From NCBI GenBank assembly GCA_046570105.1, contig JBKHVI010000025.1, positions 1-38,384 on the forward strand: a stretch of 38,384 nt of DNA. The letters run 5' to 3'. The stretch is from Bacteriovoracia bacterium. GTDB taxonomy: Bacteria > Bdellovibrionota > Bacteriovoracia > Bacteriovoracales > Bacteriovoracaceae. Below are positions 27,774 to 36,078 of this stretch, one piece after another. The stretch's first letter is position 1, and each line of letters begins with the position of its first letter. Below the pieces are notes generated by a model. That model saw nothing but the letters and a program-made list of their open reading frames with translations. It did not search any database and was not told the DNA's origin. The translations under genes and the position numbers were made by a program.

Positions 27774-28379
27774 ATGAAACAATTCATTACTTTGATGCTT
27801 GCTCTCGCATTCCTTACGACTGCTACAGCTTCGACAGGCGCAACTTTGGGCCTATCTCAAGCGATTAACGAGCTTAACTACTCATTAAACGTTGATTGGG
27901 ATCAACAAGACCAGGCCTTCCGTGAACAGGCCTTGGAGAAATTCCGCACTCAATTACACACCCTTAAAATGCAGGGTCTCTCGAATCAAGAGTTGATTCA
28001 AGGTTCTTTGGCGATGGTTCGTGATGAAGGCCTTAAAAAAGAATTGATGGCAGCTTACGCCATTATAGATGCTAACAAGTTGACTGCTGAAGAAGCTCAA
28101 CGTGTGGTCATTAATGCAGCTGAAAAGGCTCGCTCTCAAGGTGCTTCTTGGGTAGGTGGCTTTACTTCTTATTACTGGATCAGCATTGCTGTGACTGTTG
28201 CTCTTTTGATCGCTGTCTTCTCTGGCGGCTCAGGTGACAGCACTCCATGTACTGAAAACTGCCCAACTTACGACTACCAGTGCGGCTACCAGCATGTTTG
28301 CGGCTGGGGCTATGACTACTGGGGTACTTACTCTTATAACTGTGATTACCAATACGTTTGCGGCTACTACTACTGGTAG
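27774..28379 (+). CDS. Exported protein with GASW motif, hydrophobic helix and Cys/Tyr-rich tail (paralogue 2, 201 aa)
   Basis: GGAGG RBS; signal peptide ending ATA; ELNYSLNVDWDQ..QGLSN; tail CTENCPTYDYQCGYQHVCGWGYDYWGTYSYNCDYQYVCGYYYW. Confidence 0.85.
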   Translation: MKQFITLMLALAFLTTATASTGATLGLSQAINELNYSLNVDWDQQDQAFREQALEKFRTQLHTLKMQGLSNQELIQGSLAMVRDEGLKKELMAAYAIIDANKLTAEEAQRVVINAAEKARSQGASWVGGFTSYYWISIAVTVALLIAVFSGGSGDSTPCTENCPTYDYQCGYQHVCGWGYDYWGTYSYNCDYQYVCGYYYW

Positions 28380-28387
28380 ACTCTTCG

Positions 28388-28414
28388 AGGGCCCTCACTG
28401 AGGGCCCTTTTTTT
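28388..28414 (+). terminator. Rho-independent terminator
   Basis: AGGGCCCTC-ACT-GAGGGCCCT plus T-run. Confidence 0.88.
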
Positions 28415-28516
28415 GCGTTCATTCTTCTCCCACACGAAATCTTTACAATCACTTGGCTAGACTCAAGCGTTGTTGCTAGTTACAACCTCACAAATTCAAT
28501 TCTCAAGGGGACACAA

Positions 28517-28966
28517 ATGAAACTAATCGTTTTAGCGTTGATCTTATCTGGCCAGGCGATGGCACAAACCTGCTTTACTCGCACAGTAGAGCTTGAAACT
28601 AATGAGGTCACACTGGCCCGTGAGATCTGTTTTGAAGCGATTAACCTTGATCTCGATTATTTTGGTGGTTCAAAAGCAAAAGTGAAACTTACTGCTGATG
28701 GTATCGCTGCTGAGAAAGAGTTCTCTTTGAATGCTGGTCGTGTGAGGCCCGATGGCTCAAGACTTTACGAAGTCGTGGTGAGTGGCCAAAGCGAGGGAGG
28801 TTTTTGCGATGATTTTTGGCAAACTGAAGCCACAGCTTCAATTGTTATCAGCAAAGATGCCAAGACGGTTGCAGTTGAAAATGTGAAAGGTGAGCTTTTC
28901 TACTCTTGGGATCAGTGCCACTCAGACACAGACCTTAAGCAGTCATTTGATTACGCAAAAAATTAG
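28517..28966 (+). CDS. Exported beta-rich hypothetical protein with four Cys (149 aa)
   Basis: AAGGGG RBS; signal MKLIVLALILSGQAMA. The track's 28358 start runs through a terminator and is not credible. Confidence 0.75.
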   Translation: MKLIVLALILSGQAMAQTCFTRTVELETNEVTLAREICFEAINLDLDYFGGSKAKVKLTADGIAAEKEFSLNAGRVRPDGSRLYEVVVSGQSEGGFCDDFWQTEATASIVISKDAKTVAVENVKGELFYSWDQCHSDTDLKQSFDYAKN

Positions 28967-28976
28967 TTGATTTAAG

Positions 28977-29011
28977 GCAGGTGAGGAGAAATCTCCTCAT
29001 CTGCTTTCTTT
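28977..29011 (+). terminator. Rho-independent terminator overlapping the nadD stop
   Basis: GCAGGTGAGGAG-AAAT-CTCCTCATCTGC (one G-U pair) followed by TTTCTTT. Confidence 0.65.
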
Positions 29012-29842
29012 AGTCCTCAGGGCCGTTCCTGAAACACTCTCAAATTCATGATGTCCTAAAAACCGAATCGTCATATTAGGATTGGCGGTGAGAGGAAAGC
29101 GCGCATCCTGCAAATGGTCTTCGTCCTTTTCTTCGCGGGAGACGACCTGAAGACTGGTAATGAGTTTCATTAAATCTTCGGCACGAGTCCAAGTTGATAG
29201 TGCCTTGAAACTGTCATAGCCCATCAATAAATGAATTCTCAGATCGGGGCGCTGGTGTTTTAAGCGCAAGACCCAGCCCACGGTTGGATTGGTTTCAGTG
29301 CGCAGTAGAAAACCCGGATGAATATGCAACGAACGGCCAATCGCCATGATGGATTTTTTGAGCTCGTAGTAGTGGTTCAAAACATCCATATCGGTTTTAA
29401 GTGGCTTATGGGGATTACGATCAGGGCACACGATAAGAGGCATCTCACTGGGTGCCAGACGAATGCAGGCGGCATGGCCTTGGTGCCAAGGCTCAAAGCT
29501 TCCGCCGTAGAACAAGACATCTGAGGCTAAGGGAAATTCATAGAGTAGAGGCGCGGTGTATTTCTCAGGGCGCTCTTCCAGAATACTTAAGCGTGAGGCC
29601 TCCAGAGCAATCCAGAAGTCTTTTTCGAGATGAAATTTCCCTTCCATCGAGTCCCAGGAAAAAGAAGTCCAGCCGAGGTTTTTCGCTGATTCAGGATTTA
29701 AGTGATAAACAGGAATTTCACGAAAAAAACCTAAGCGCTGTTGCGGAGTGCTTTTGGCCTGCGCGAGTTGCAACTTAGCATCGACCCACACACGCATAGC
29801 ATTTTTTTGCGAGAAATCGAGCCACAGCTGATTAGGCTTCAT
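28997..29842 (-). CDS. nadD: Nicotinate-nucleotide adenylyltransferase-like protein with N-terminal extension
   Basis: FYGGSFEPWHQGH (HxGH), NPHK, LLMGYDSF...W, VSGTALR. Confidence 0.7.
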   Translation of the reverse strand: MKPNQLWLDFSQKNAMRVWVDAKLQLAQAKSTPQQRLGFFREIPVYHLNPESAKNLGWTSFSWDSMEGKFHLEKDFWIALEASRLSILEERPEKYTAPLLYEFPLASDVLFYGGSFEPWHQGHAACIRLAPSEMPLIVCPDRNPHKPLKTDMDVLNHYYELKKSIMAIGRSLHIHPGFLLRTETNPTVGWVLRLKHQRPDLRIHLLMGYDSFKALSTWTRAEDLMKLITSLQVVSREEKDEDHLQDARFPLTANPNMTIRFLGHHEFESVSGTALRTKESR

Positions 29843-30537
29843 GAGAGGCCTTCAATCGGCAGCTGAGTTTTTAAAACATATTGTTCCGCGATTTTTTCTA
29901 CACGAAAGGCATAGACTTCAACACCAGCGGCGTGCGCTTCAGTGAGAAGGGTCGCATAGGCGGGATCAATTTTTTTTGCACTGGTAAAGCGTGTGGCATC
30001 TGAACGAGAAACGACATAAAGCATCGCCGTGCGAATGCCTTGTTTTTTAAGTTCAATTAAATCGCGCAAATGTTTCTGACCGCGCGTACTGACGGCATCG
30101 GGAAAACTCGCGAGTCCCGGCTCTTCCATCAGCGTCACATTTTTAACTTCTACCCAACAGTCACCTTGGGGGCCTTTCAGACAAAAATCAAAACGACTAT
30201 CGAGCACGGATTGCTCGGGAAGAACTTCGCTGAAGCCTTTAAAAGGTGCCAGCGCACCATTCTTCAAAGCTTCAAAAGCGAACTTGTTGGCATTGGCGGT
30301 GTTGACGATGATGAAGTTGTTGCCGGTGGAGGTGAGTTCCAGAGTCCAACGTAGTTTTCTTTCTGGATTAGTTGCGGGTGAGAGAAAAGCCGGGAGACCT
30401 TCCGCCCAGCAAGTTTTCATACTGCCGGTGTTGGGCACATGGGCCACCACCACATCGCCATTAGGCAATTGCACATCGGCGAAGAAGCGTTTGTAGCGCT
30501 TTAAGATGACGCCTTCCGTGAGGGACGGAAGTTGCAT
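29839..30537 (-). CDS. sfsA: DNA/RNA nuclease SfsA
   Basis: KRYKRFFADV, AHVPNTGSM, SRFDF, VEVKNVTL, FPDAVSTRGQKHL. Confidence 0.95.
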   Translation of the reverse strand: MQLPSLTEGVILKRYKRFFADVQLPNGDVVVAHVPNTGSMKTCWAEGLPAFLSPATNPERKLRWTLELTSTGNNFIIVNTANANKFAFEALKNGALAPFKGFSEVLPEQSVLDSRFDFCLKGPQGDCWVEVKNVTLMEEPGLASFPDAVSTRGQKHLRDLIELKKQGIRTAMLYVVSRSDATRFTSAKKIDPAYATLLTEAHAAGVEVYAFRVEKIAEQYVLKTQLPIEGLS

Positions 30538-30548
30538 GAAAGATTCCT

Positions 30549-30881
30549 TTACTCGTGGTTAGACCACAGAAACTTTAACGCGGGATCAATTTCTTGTAAA
30601 TGAATCAGCATCTTCCCACTGTTCATCTTGCGGAATGCGTTATCAGAAAGTTCTAATATCATTGATGGGTTACGGCTCGCCTTGCGGGCATAAAAACAAT
30701 CAGTGATGTCTTCCACGATTCCCAAGAGCTCGTCGGTCTCAAGATCGCGCACAACAGTCAAACATAGTGTCGGGCGATCAGTGTAGTCCAGCATGCCAAT
30801 TTGCGCGTCCATAACTTCCATTTGAGCGGCTTCAGCGGAGAGAACGAGTGCGAGAGTAAGGATGGCGAGAAGTGTTTTCAT
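30549..30881 (-). CDS. Small exported hypothetical protein
   Basis: Signal peptide MKTLLAILTLALVLSAEA; two Cys; 11 bp upstream of sfsA. Confidence 0.7.
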   Translation of the reverse strand: MKTLLAILTLALVLSAEAAQMEVMDAQIGMLDYTDRPTLCLTVVRDLETDELLGIVEDITDCFYARKASRNPSMILELSDNAFRKMNSGKMLIHLQEIDPALKFLWSNHE

Positions 30882-31086
30882 AGGCCAGTTATAGGCCTCT
30901 TGATGGGTGCTGAAAATAAGAAGGTCTATAAGGTGATAATCTAATTATTGGATTGGTTTCTAATGACGTACTAACTCGATCAAATCATTTGGCCAAGATG
31001 AGACATTTCGATATTATGTCACAATAAATGATTGATTCAAACGACGTAACCTTGTGGTTGTATTTCTCTAAAATTTAAGGGAAATT

Positions 31087-32901
31087 TTGCGAAAGACCGA
31101 AATCTCGTTTAAAAAATTTACGAATATATCCTTCTATTTCAGCTTTGTATTAAGTTGCATTTTTTTTGCGATCTGCTATTCACGGCCGTGGGCAGTGCCT
31201 GTATCAATGACTTTTTCACCCGAAGACGCTTCAGTATATAAACTCACAATCTTAGCACCAGACGGAACAGAATTCGATAGGAAGTACACTCCAGTAAGGG
31301 ATGGCGAAGTTTTAGAGGTCATTGGTGGACGAATAAAAACGATTCAGGCCACTCATTCTGAATCTCGGACTATTAAATTAAGCTCGGAAGGCGAGGCTGA
31401 TACAACCATAGAAATGATTAACGGTTTAGTGAAGTTTCCTGAAGCAAAATCAGCTCGAAATAGTATTAAGATCCTTGGTAGCATAGCCTTTGTGTCATTT
31501 ATCGTTGGCTTGCTGTTTTATTTGGTCTGCTCATATCTTGCCTCTGGTGAAATTCAAATATTAGCACGTACATTTTTAGGTTTCTCTCCAATACTTATTA
31601 CTTTTTCTGTAATTGCATTTGCTCTTTCCCCCGGTCTTTTTGGCAACGATGCCTTTTACAATTTCCAATCTGCCACTAGATATGAGTTTTCTTCATTCGT
31701 AGGTACGCTTTACTCGTCAGTTAGCATTGTGCTTTATCAGCTTGTGCCTAGATTCTGGATAATGTCGATGGCCCATATCTTTGTGGTGATTGCATGTCTG
31801 TTTGGTTTTTATACCTACTGTGAAAGACGTGAACGACGTGTTCTATTTTATATCTCAGTTAGTCTTTTCCTTATTTATCCAGGTAACTTAGGGCAGATTT
31901 TTTATGTGGGTAGAGATACTGCTGCTTCATGGATATTTTGTTTGACTCTATTCAGACTTTGCATCTTGCAGGAGGAAAAATCAAAATCTTTTAACTCATT
32001 TTTATTACTAGGACTTCTACTAGCTGTAGCGATAATGCTTCGCCAAGAAACAGGGTTTATTCTTGTACCGTGCTTTTTAGCAGTAAGTTTCTTTTCACAG
32101 CAATCGAGTTTCAAAAAAAATCTAGTATTGTTGTCGATTGTCTTAGCAGTCGTTTTGTCTATAGGGCTGATCTCTCGCCCATCTTCAAGCCATCTAGCGA
32201 AATATAAAGCCACACTATTGATTAATCCTTTGAGCTATATTTTAAAAAAGAAGTACGGTGACAGTCTACCCAGCGAAGTATCGGCTAACCTTGGAAGTTT
32301 TTTTAAAAATGAATACCTGGTAAGGTATCAAAGTGATTTTGATATAGACCCTTTTCATAAAGGAGGGGTAAACCAGTCATTTAAGATTGAGCAGTTCGAA
32401 AAATTTATGAACCAAGCTTTCCTGATATTTTGGGAGAATAAGGGCTATTTTCTCGAGAATCGATTGAAGGTCGGAAGTAAAATGCTTGGATTTACAAATG
32501 ATAAGCCAAGCTTTGATGATAGGTATTTTGATACGATAGGACATGCTTTTCAAAAAATAAAATTACGATACTCAATGCCTGATGCGCCACGTTCAAAAAG
32601 TGGATGGTTACTCTTAGCTTGGTACAAGGATAGCTTGCTTAGGCTTACTACATTTATAGGGCAATCGTACTTAATTCCAATTTTTACAATATGTATTTAC
32701 ATTTTTTTTAGTCGGAAGGCTCGAGCGCTGAGGATTGTTTCAGCTTTTTTGCTGGCTAGGACTCTTCTCGTTTGTGCAATTGCACCTGCTGCTTATTATA
32801 GATATCAATTTCCTCTCTGGATATTTAGTCTTTTTGGATTGGTTGTCTTCTATGATCAGTATATTCGAAAGACTGTAGCTATTAGCTACAAGACAGAGTA
32901 A
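31087..32901 (+). CDS. Polytopic membrane protein, putative GT-C-fold glycosyltransferase
   Basis: About 11-13 hydrophobic segments; PG-x4-D in an early external loop; GRD and RQE motifs at helix ends; large late external loop. TTG start uncertain. Confidence 0.55.
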   Translation: MRKTEISFKKFTNISFYFSFVLSCIFFAICYSRPWAVPVSMTFSPEDASVYKLTILAPDGTEFDRKYTPVRDGEVLEVIGGRIKTIQATHSESRTIKLSSEGEADTTIEMINGLVKFPEAKSARNSIKILGSIAFVSFIVGLLFYLVCSYLASGEIQILARTFLGFSPILITFSVIAFALSPGLFGNDAFYNFQSATRYEFSSFVGTLYSSVSIVLYQLVPRFWIMSMAHIFVVIACLFGFYTYCERRERRVLFYISVSLFLIYPGNLGQIFYVGRDTAASWIFCLTLFRLCILQEEKSKSFNSFLLLGLLLAVAIMLRQETGFILVPCFLAVSFFSQQSSFKKNLVLLSIVLAVVLSIGLISRPSSSHLAKYKATLLINPLSYILKKKYGDSLPSEVSANLGSFFKNEYLVRYQSDFDIDPFHKGGVNQSFKIEQFEKFMNQAFLIFWENKGYFLENRLKVGSKMLGFTNDKPSFDDRYFDTIGHAFQKIKLRYSMPDAPRSKSGWLLLAWYKDSLLRLTTFIGQSYLIPIFTICIYIFFSRKARALRIVSAFLLARTLLVCAIAPAAYYRYQFPLWIFSLFGLVVFYDQYIRKTVAISYKTE

Positions 32902-33647
32902 TTAAAAACTGATTCATTGTTGGTAATTTTTCTTTTTTTTCCTAATATATTCAACAACAAACTTTTCAACATGCTATAGGCTACAGCAACGTTTTTAGCA
33001 TTGCTAGTTTGATCTGCTTCACGCCATATGATGGGATAAAACTCAAACTCAAGGTTTTGATCGTAGTAATTCAGGAGTATATCAACATTAAAATTAAAGT
33101 TGTTCGATAACTCAGAGATTGATATTTTTTTTAGTTGATCTACCTTGAAGACGTTGAGACCAGAGCCTAAGTCCAAGGTCATCTTACGTTTTAGTAATGT
33201 GAAAACTAAATTAAGAGCAACATTCCCTAATACTCTTTTGAACTGATATCCCGTACGCTTTGATTTAAGCATAAATCGAGAACCCAGCACGGTGTGATTT
33301 TTATGTTGTGCTTTTGATAAAAGTGAGAGGATATCTTCAACAGATGCTTGATCGTCTCCATGAAGTAGAACTAGCCAGTCAAAGCCATTCTTAATGGCAT
33401 GATTGATGGCAATTTTTTGGCTTCCTCCCAATCCATAATTTAGTTGGTTCTTCCATATATGAATTTTTCTTTGAGACGGTATTTGATCTCTTAATTCGAG
33501 CAAGCTTGATACGGTATTATCAGTGCTATTATTATCAATAAAAAGAATTTCAATCTCTTGTTTGAATTCCAGCTGCATTAGTGCTTTAAAAACTCTCTCT
33601 ACTTGTATTGCACAGTTGTAACAAGGTATTGCAATAAGTGATTTCAT
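32886..33647 (-). CDS. Glycosyltransferase family 2 (polyprenol-phosphate sugar synthase-like)
   Basis: IAIPCYN, IDNNSTDNT, NYGLGGSQK, LHGDDQ, VLGSRF, DLGSG. Confidence 0.88.
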   Translation of the reverse strand: MKSLIAIPCYNCAIQVERVFKALMQLEFKQEIEILFIDNNSTDNTVSSLLELRDQIPSQRKIHIWKNQLNYGLGGSQKIAINHAIKNGFDWLVLLHGDDQASVEDILSLLSKAQHKNHTVLGSRFMLKSKRTGYQFKRVLGNVALNLVFTLLKRKMTLDLGSGLNVFKVDQLKKISISELSNNFNFNVDILLNYYDQNLEFEFYPIIWREADQTSNAKNVAVAYSMLKSLLLNILGKKRKITNNESVFNYSVL

Positions 33648-33658
33648 ATATCATCTAC

Positions 33659-34801
33659 TTAGGAATTTACTTTTGATTGAGTAAGCTTCAGTAGCTGCGT
33701 GTAGCTCAGGTGTACGAACTCTGATGGTCTTATTGCTTTGTCATCTATATAAAAACCATCCTCAGCATAGGGTTTGCCAAATCGAATTGAGTCAAATGGG
33801 ATTTGATGACGATTCAACCATGTCAAAGTGCTCATACCTATATTGGCGATGACCTTGCCCTCATCATTTCTTTGGGTTTTCATATTTCGGGCCGTATAGA
33901 TGATAATTTGAAAGCCTAGCTTCCTGTATTTTTGGAGTGTTTCTATAACATTGCGATTAGGCTTTTTATGTAAATAGCTGCGACTTTTATCATCGTGAGT
34001 AATAGTGTCGTCCAAATCAACAACGAGTGTCCCCGGAGGGTTTTCAGCAATCAGTTTTTTAACATCAATGTCCCAATATTTTTTTAATTGAGGGAGTGTT
34101 CCAAAAGGCAGAAAAACAGTAACTGGAGAATTTACAATACGAAGTTTACTTTTGATGAGTAGAGTATACACAGCGCTAATGTAATATTCCTGCAGCCCAT
34201 TGGGAGGATTTTTCTTTAAGATTGTTTTCGCTGCTTTTATTAAAGAAAGTTGGTCACGAAAATAATAAAAACCTACCGAAGCCCAAGGTGAGATACGTTT
34301 TTTTTCTGCAGCATCAACGATAACTCCTTCAAAGTCGGATTTAAAAAATGACCACTCATTTCCTGGCATTCTCCCGCACGGAACAATTGCATCAATTTCT
34401 TTTTGGGCCATCAGACGAGCTAAGTCTGGTGATTTGAAATAAGTGTCACAATTCCAAATTACAACAGAGGCTTTTGGGCGTAAGAATTTTTTTGCAAGCA
34501 TGAATGTCTCAAGTTGACCTGACGTAATGGAATGAATTTCTATCCATCTAAGCTTTGCCCAGGGAAACAACGATATAATTTCGTCATGTAGATCAGTTGT
34601 TTTGTGCTCTTTGCGGACGATAATAATGATTTGATCATTCGGATGAATATCAAGGCAAGACATGGCTCTTGCTAGCATACTCATTCCCATGAATTTTAAG
34701 CGGGGTTTGGGAATTAGAACTCCTGATTCGGTAAATCGAGAGCCATTACCTGCAGCACATACTACCCAGTCGATTGATTTTCTTTTTGTGAAATTAGTCA
34801 T
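33659..34801 (-). CDS. Fused sugar-phosphate nucleotidyltransferase-like domain + BcbF/EcbF-like HAD phosphatase
   Basis: N-terminal AAGNGSRF..PKP, NCD, AEKKRIS, GFYYF, EYYI, FGT. C-terminal VVDLDDTI, YTARNM, FGKP, FYIDDKAIRPSEF. Confidence 0.8.
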   Translation of the reverse strand: MTNFTKRKSIDWVVCAAGNGSRFTESGVLIPKPRLKFMGMSMLARAMSCLDIHPNDQIIIIVRKEHKTTDLHDEIISLFPWAKLRWIEIHSITSGQLETFMLAKKFLRPKASVVIWNCDTYFKSPDLARLMAQKEIDAIVPCGRMPGNEWSFFKSDFEGVIVDAAEKKRISPWASVGFYYFRDQLSLIKAAKTILKKNPPNGLQEYYISAVYTLLIKSKLRIVNSPVTVFLPFGTLPQLKKYWDIDVKKLIAENPPGTLVVDLDDTITHDDKSRSYLHKKPNRNVIETLQKYRKLGFQIIIYTARNMKTQRNDEGKVIANIGMSTLTWLNRHQIPFDSIRFGKPYAEDGFYIDDKAIRPSEFVHLSYTQLLKLTQSKVNS

Positions 34802-35017
34802 GTTTTACCATAGCTCTTTTGAGCAATTAATATTTCAAGACGAATGATGAAGTTTAATTCTACCACTGACAAAGATAGCATTGTCTTGAGGATATAATTC
34901 CTTTCTAAGCCTGAAGCTGTGCGGCACAAATGGTTTACAATTTTTTAGAGAATATTAAGGTCTGACATTAAGTAGGTCTGGAGATTTGAAATGGATGTAA
35001 AAAATAGGCTTCGATAT

Positions 35018-35052
35018 AAAAAAACTGGCCCCCGAGGGGCGAGGGCCAGTTT
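35018..35052 (-). terminator. Rho-independent terminator (minus strand)
   Basis: AAACTGGCCC...GGGCCAGTTT stem with an A-run on the left (U-tract on minus), 9 bp after the 35062 stop. Confidence 0.8.
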
Positions 35053-35061
35053 GCGAGTCGT

Positions 35062-36027
35062 CTAGCGAAGGAATTCGATATCCAAAGTTTCGACGCGAAC
35101 ATGGTTAAGCATATTGATACCGAGGTCACGAAGCGGCACAGCTTGTGGCAAACGAATTACAACCGTTTGGCCCCAGCGACCGATCGAGTGGCGACCCAAA
35201 GGACCGCGGCCGATATCGACCAAAGAGAGTTCCCCAGAGTTGTTGCTTGAAACCTGCATACGTACTTCACTTACGAGACGGTTAGCGTGCTGGTAAGGAA
35301 GAGCGAAGGCCTGTTCAAGAGTCAAAGAAGTGCGGCCTTGGAAATCACGCATCGGACGAAGGTGAATGCCTGGCTGTGGACGAGGACCAGGTCCTGGACG
35401 ATGACGTTCGAGTTGAACAATCACACCATCAACCTGAGCATCACCACGAACTTCAATCTGGAGTGAGCGAATATCGCGACCGACTTCACCACGGCCATAG
35501 ATTTGGAAAGTCACCTGATCGCGACCTGAGCGAATTAATTGGAAAGCTTCCGCACGACCATCAACTACCAGGCGAGCTTCGGCATTAGCAAAGCGGCCAA
35601 GCGCGCTCGCTTCAAGAGTGACACTTTCGATCACGCGACCTTGCAAACGGTCACCTTGTTGATTGGCCAGTTGAAGAACTCGAATAAGAGTTTGCCCGTA
35701 CACGCGCTCCGAGTGGTAGAGGCGAATTTCATCGTCAAAACCGATGGGCGGAAGGGGGCGAATCGGTGGAAGCGGACGAATGGGTGGAAGAGGTTCGTAG
35801 CGATCACCGATGCGATCGTCACGTCGATCTTCTCGTCGGTCTTCGCGACGCTCTTCGCGACGATCTTCGCGTCGCTCTTCACGTTGTTGATCGCGCTCAT
35901 CGAAAGTGAAGTCTGAGCCACCGACTCGGGCTTGTGCCTTGGCATCAATGGGAAAAGCGAGGATAGCCGCAAGAGCGAGTTGGCCCAAAAGAAGACGAAC
36001 AAAAAAGCGATGTGTTGTACTAGACAT
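35062..36027 (-). CDS. Exported protein with charged and Pro-rich repeats and two predicted beta-sandwich domains (321 aa)
   Basis: ATG at 36027 with GGGAG RBS; signal ending AKA; REER/REDR repeats; (PLPPIR)x3-like; beta-rich domains joined by RPGPGPRPQPG. Confidence 0.75.
   Translation of the reverse strand: MSSTTHRFFVRLLLGQLALAAILAFPIDAKAQARVGGSDFTFDERDQQREERREDRREERREDRREDRRDDRIGDRYEPLPPIRPLPPIRPLPPIGFDDEIRLYHSERVYGQTLIRVLQLANQQGDRLQGRVIESVTLEASALGRFANAEARLVVDGRAEAFQLIRSGRDQVTFQIYGRGEVGRDIRSLQIEVRGDAQVDGVIVQLERHRPGPGPRPQPGIHLRPMRDFQGRTSLTLEQAFALPYQHANRLVSEVRMQVSSNNSGELSLVDIGRGPLGRHSIGRWGQTVVIRLPQAVPLRDLGINMLNHVRVETLDIEFLR
35743..35882 (-). repeat. Intragenic tandem repeats: 12-bp REDR/REER units and 18-bp PLPPIR units
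   Basis: Translation REERREDRREERREDRREDRRDDR and PLPPIRPLPPIRPLPPI; DNA copies diverge at synonymous sites. Confidence 0.8.
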
Positions 36028-36078
36028 TGGTACTCCCTGGTTAATCCCGTCCGTCATGGCCGATGATAAAACTCTTAA

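Larger units (their letters stand above)
30900..35015. other. AT-rich region, probable horizontally acquired surface-glycosylation island (limits approximate)
   Basis: Visibly lower GC than the flanks (spot counts of 60-nt lines: 14/60 and 22/60 inside, 27/60 in the RND gene). Frequent ATA/AGA/CTA codons. No integrase or tRNA seen. Confidence 0.65.

Noticed and set aside
27551..28379. Tyr-rich tails as diversity-generating retroelement variable regions
   Set aside because: No reverse transcriptase and no near-identical template repeat differing only at adenines in the window; the two tails differ in length and at all base types. A remote DGR cannot be excluded.
32113..32940. A8 and T8 homopolymers as phase-variation tracts
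   Set aside because: Runs of this length are expected in AT-rich DNA; both frames are intact and the T8 run is at the extreme 3' end of the GT2 gene.
30900..35015. AT-rich island as a prophage or integrative element
   Set aside because: No integrase, transposase, tRNA target or convincing flanking direct repeat; only a 7-bp AAGGTCT match, which is not significant.
35743..35882. Short repeats as a CRISPR array
   Set aside because: They are in-frame coding repeats with synonymous divergence and no unique spacers; no cas genes.
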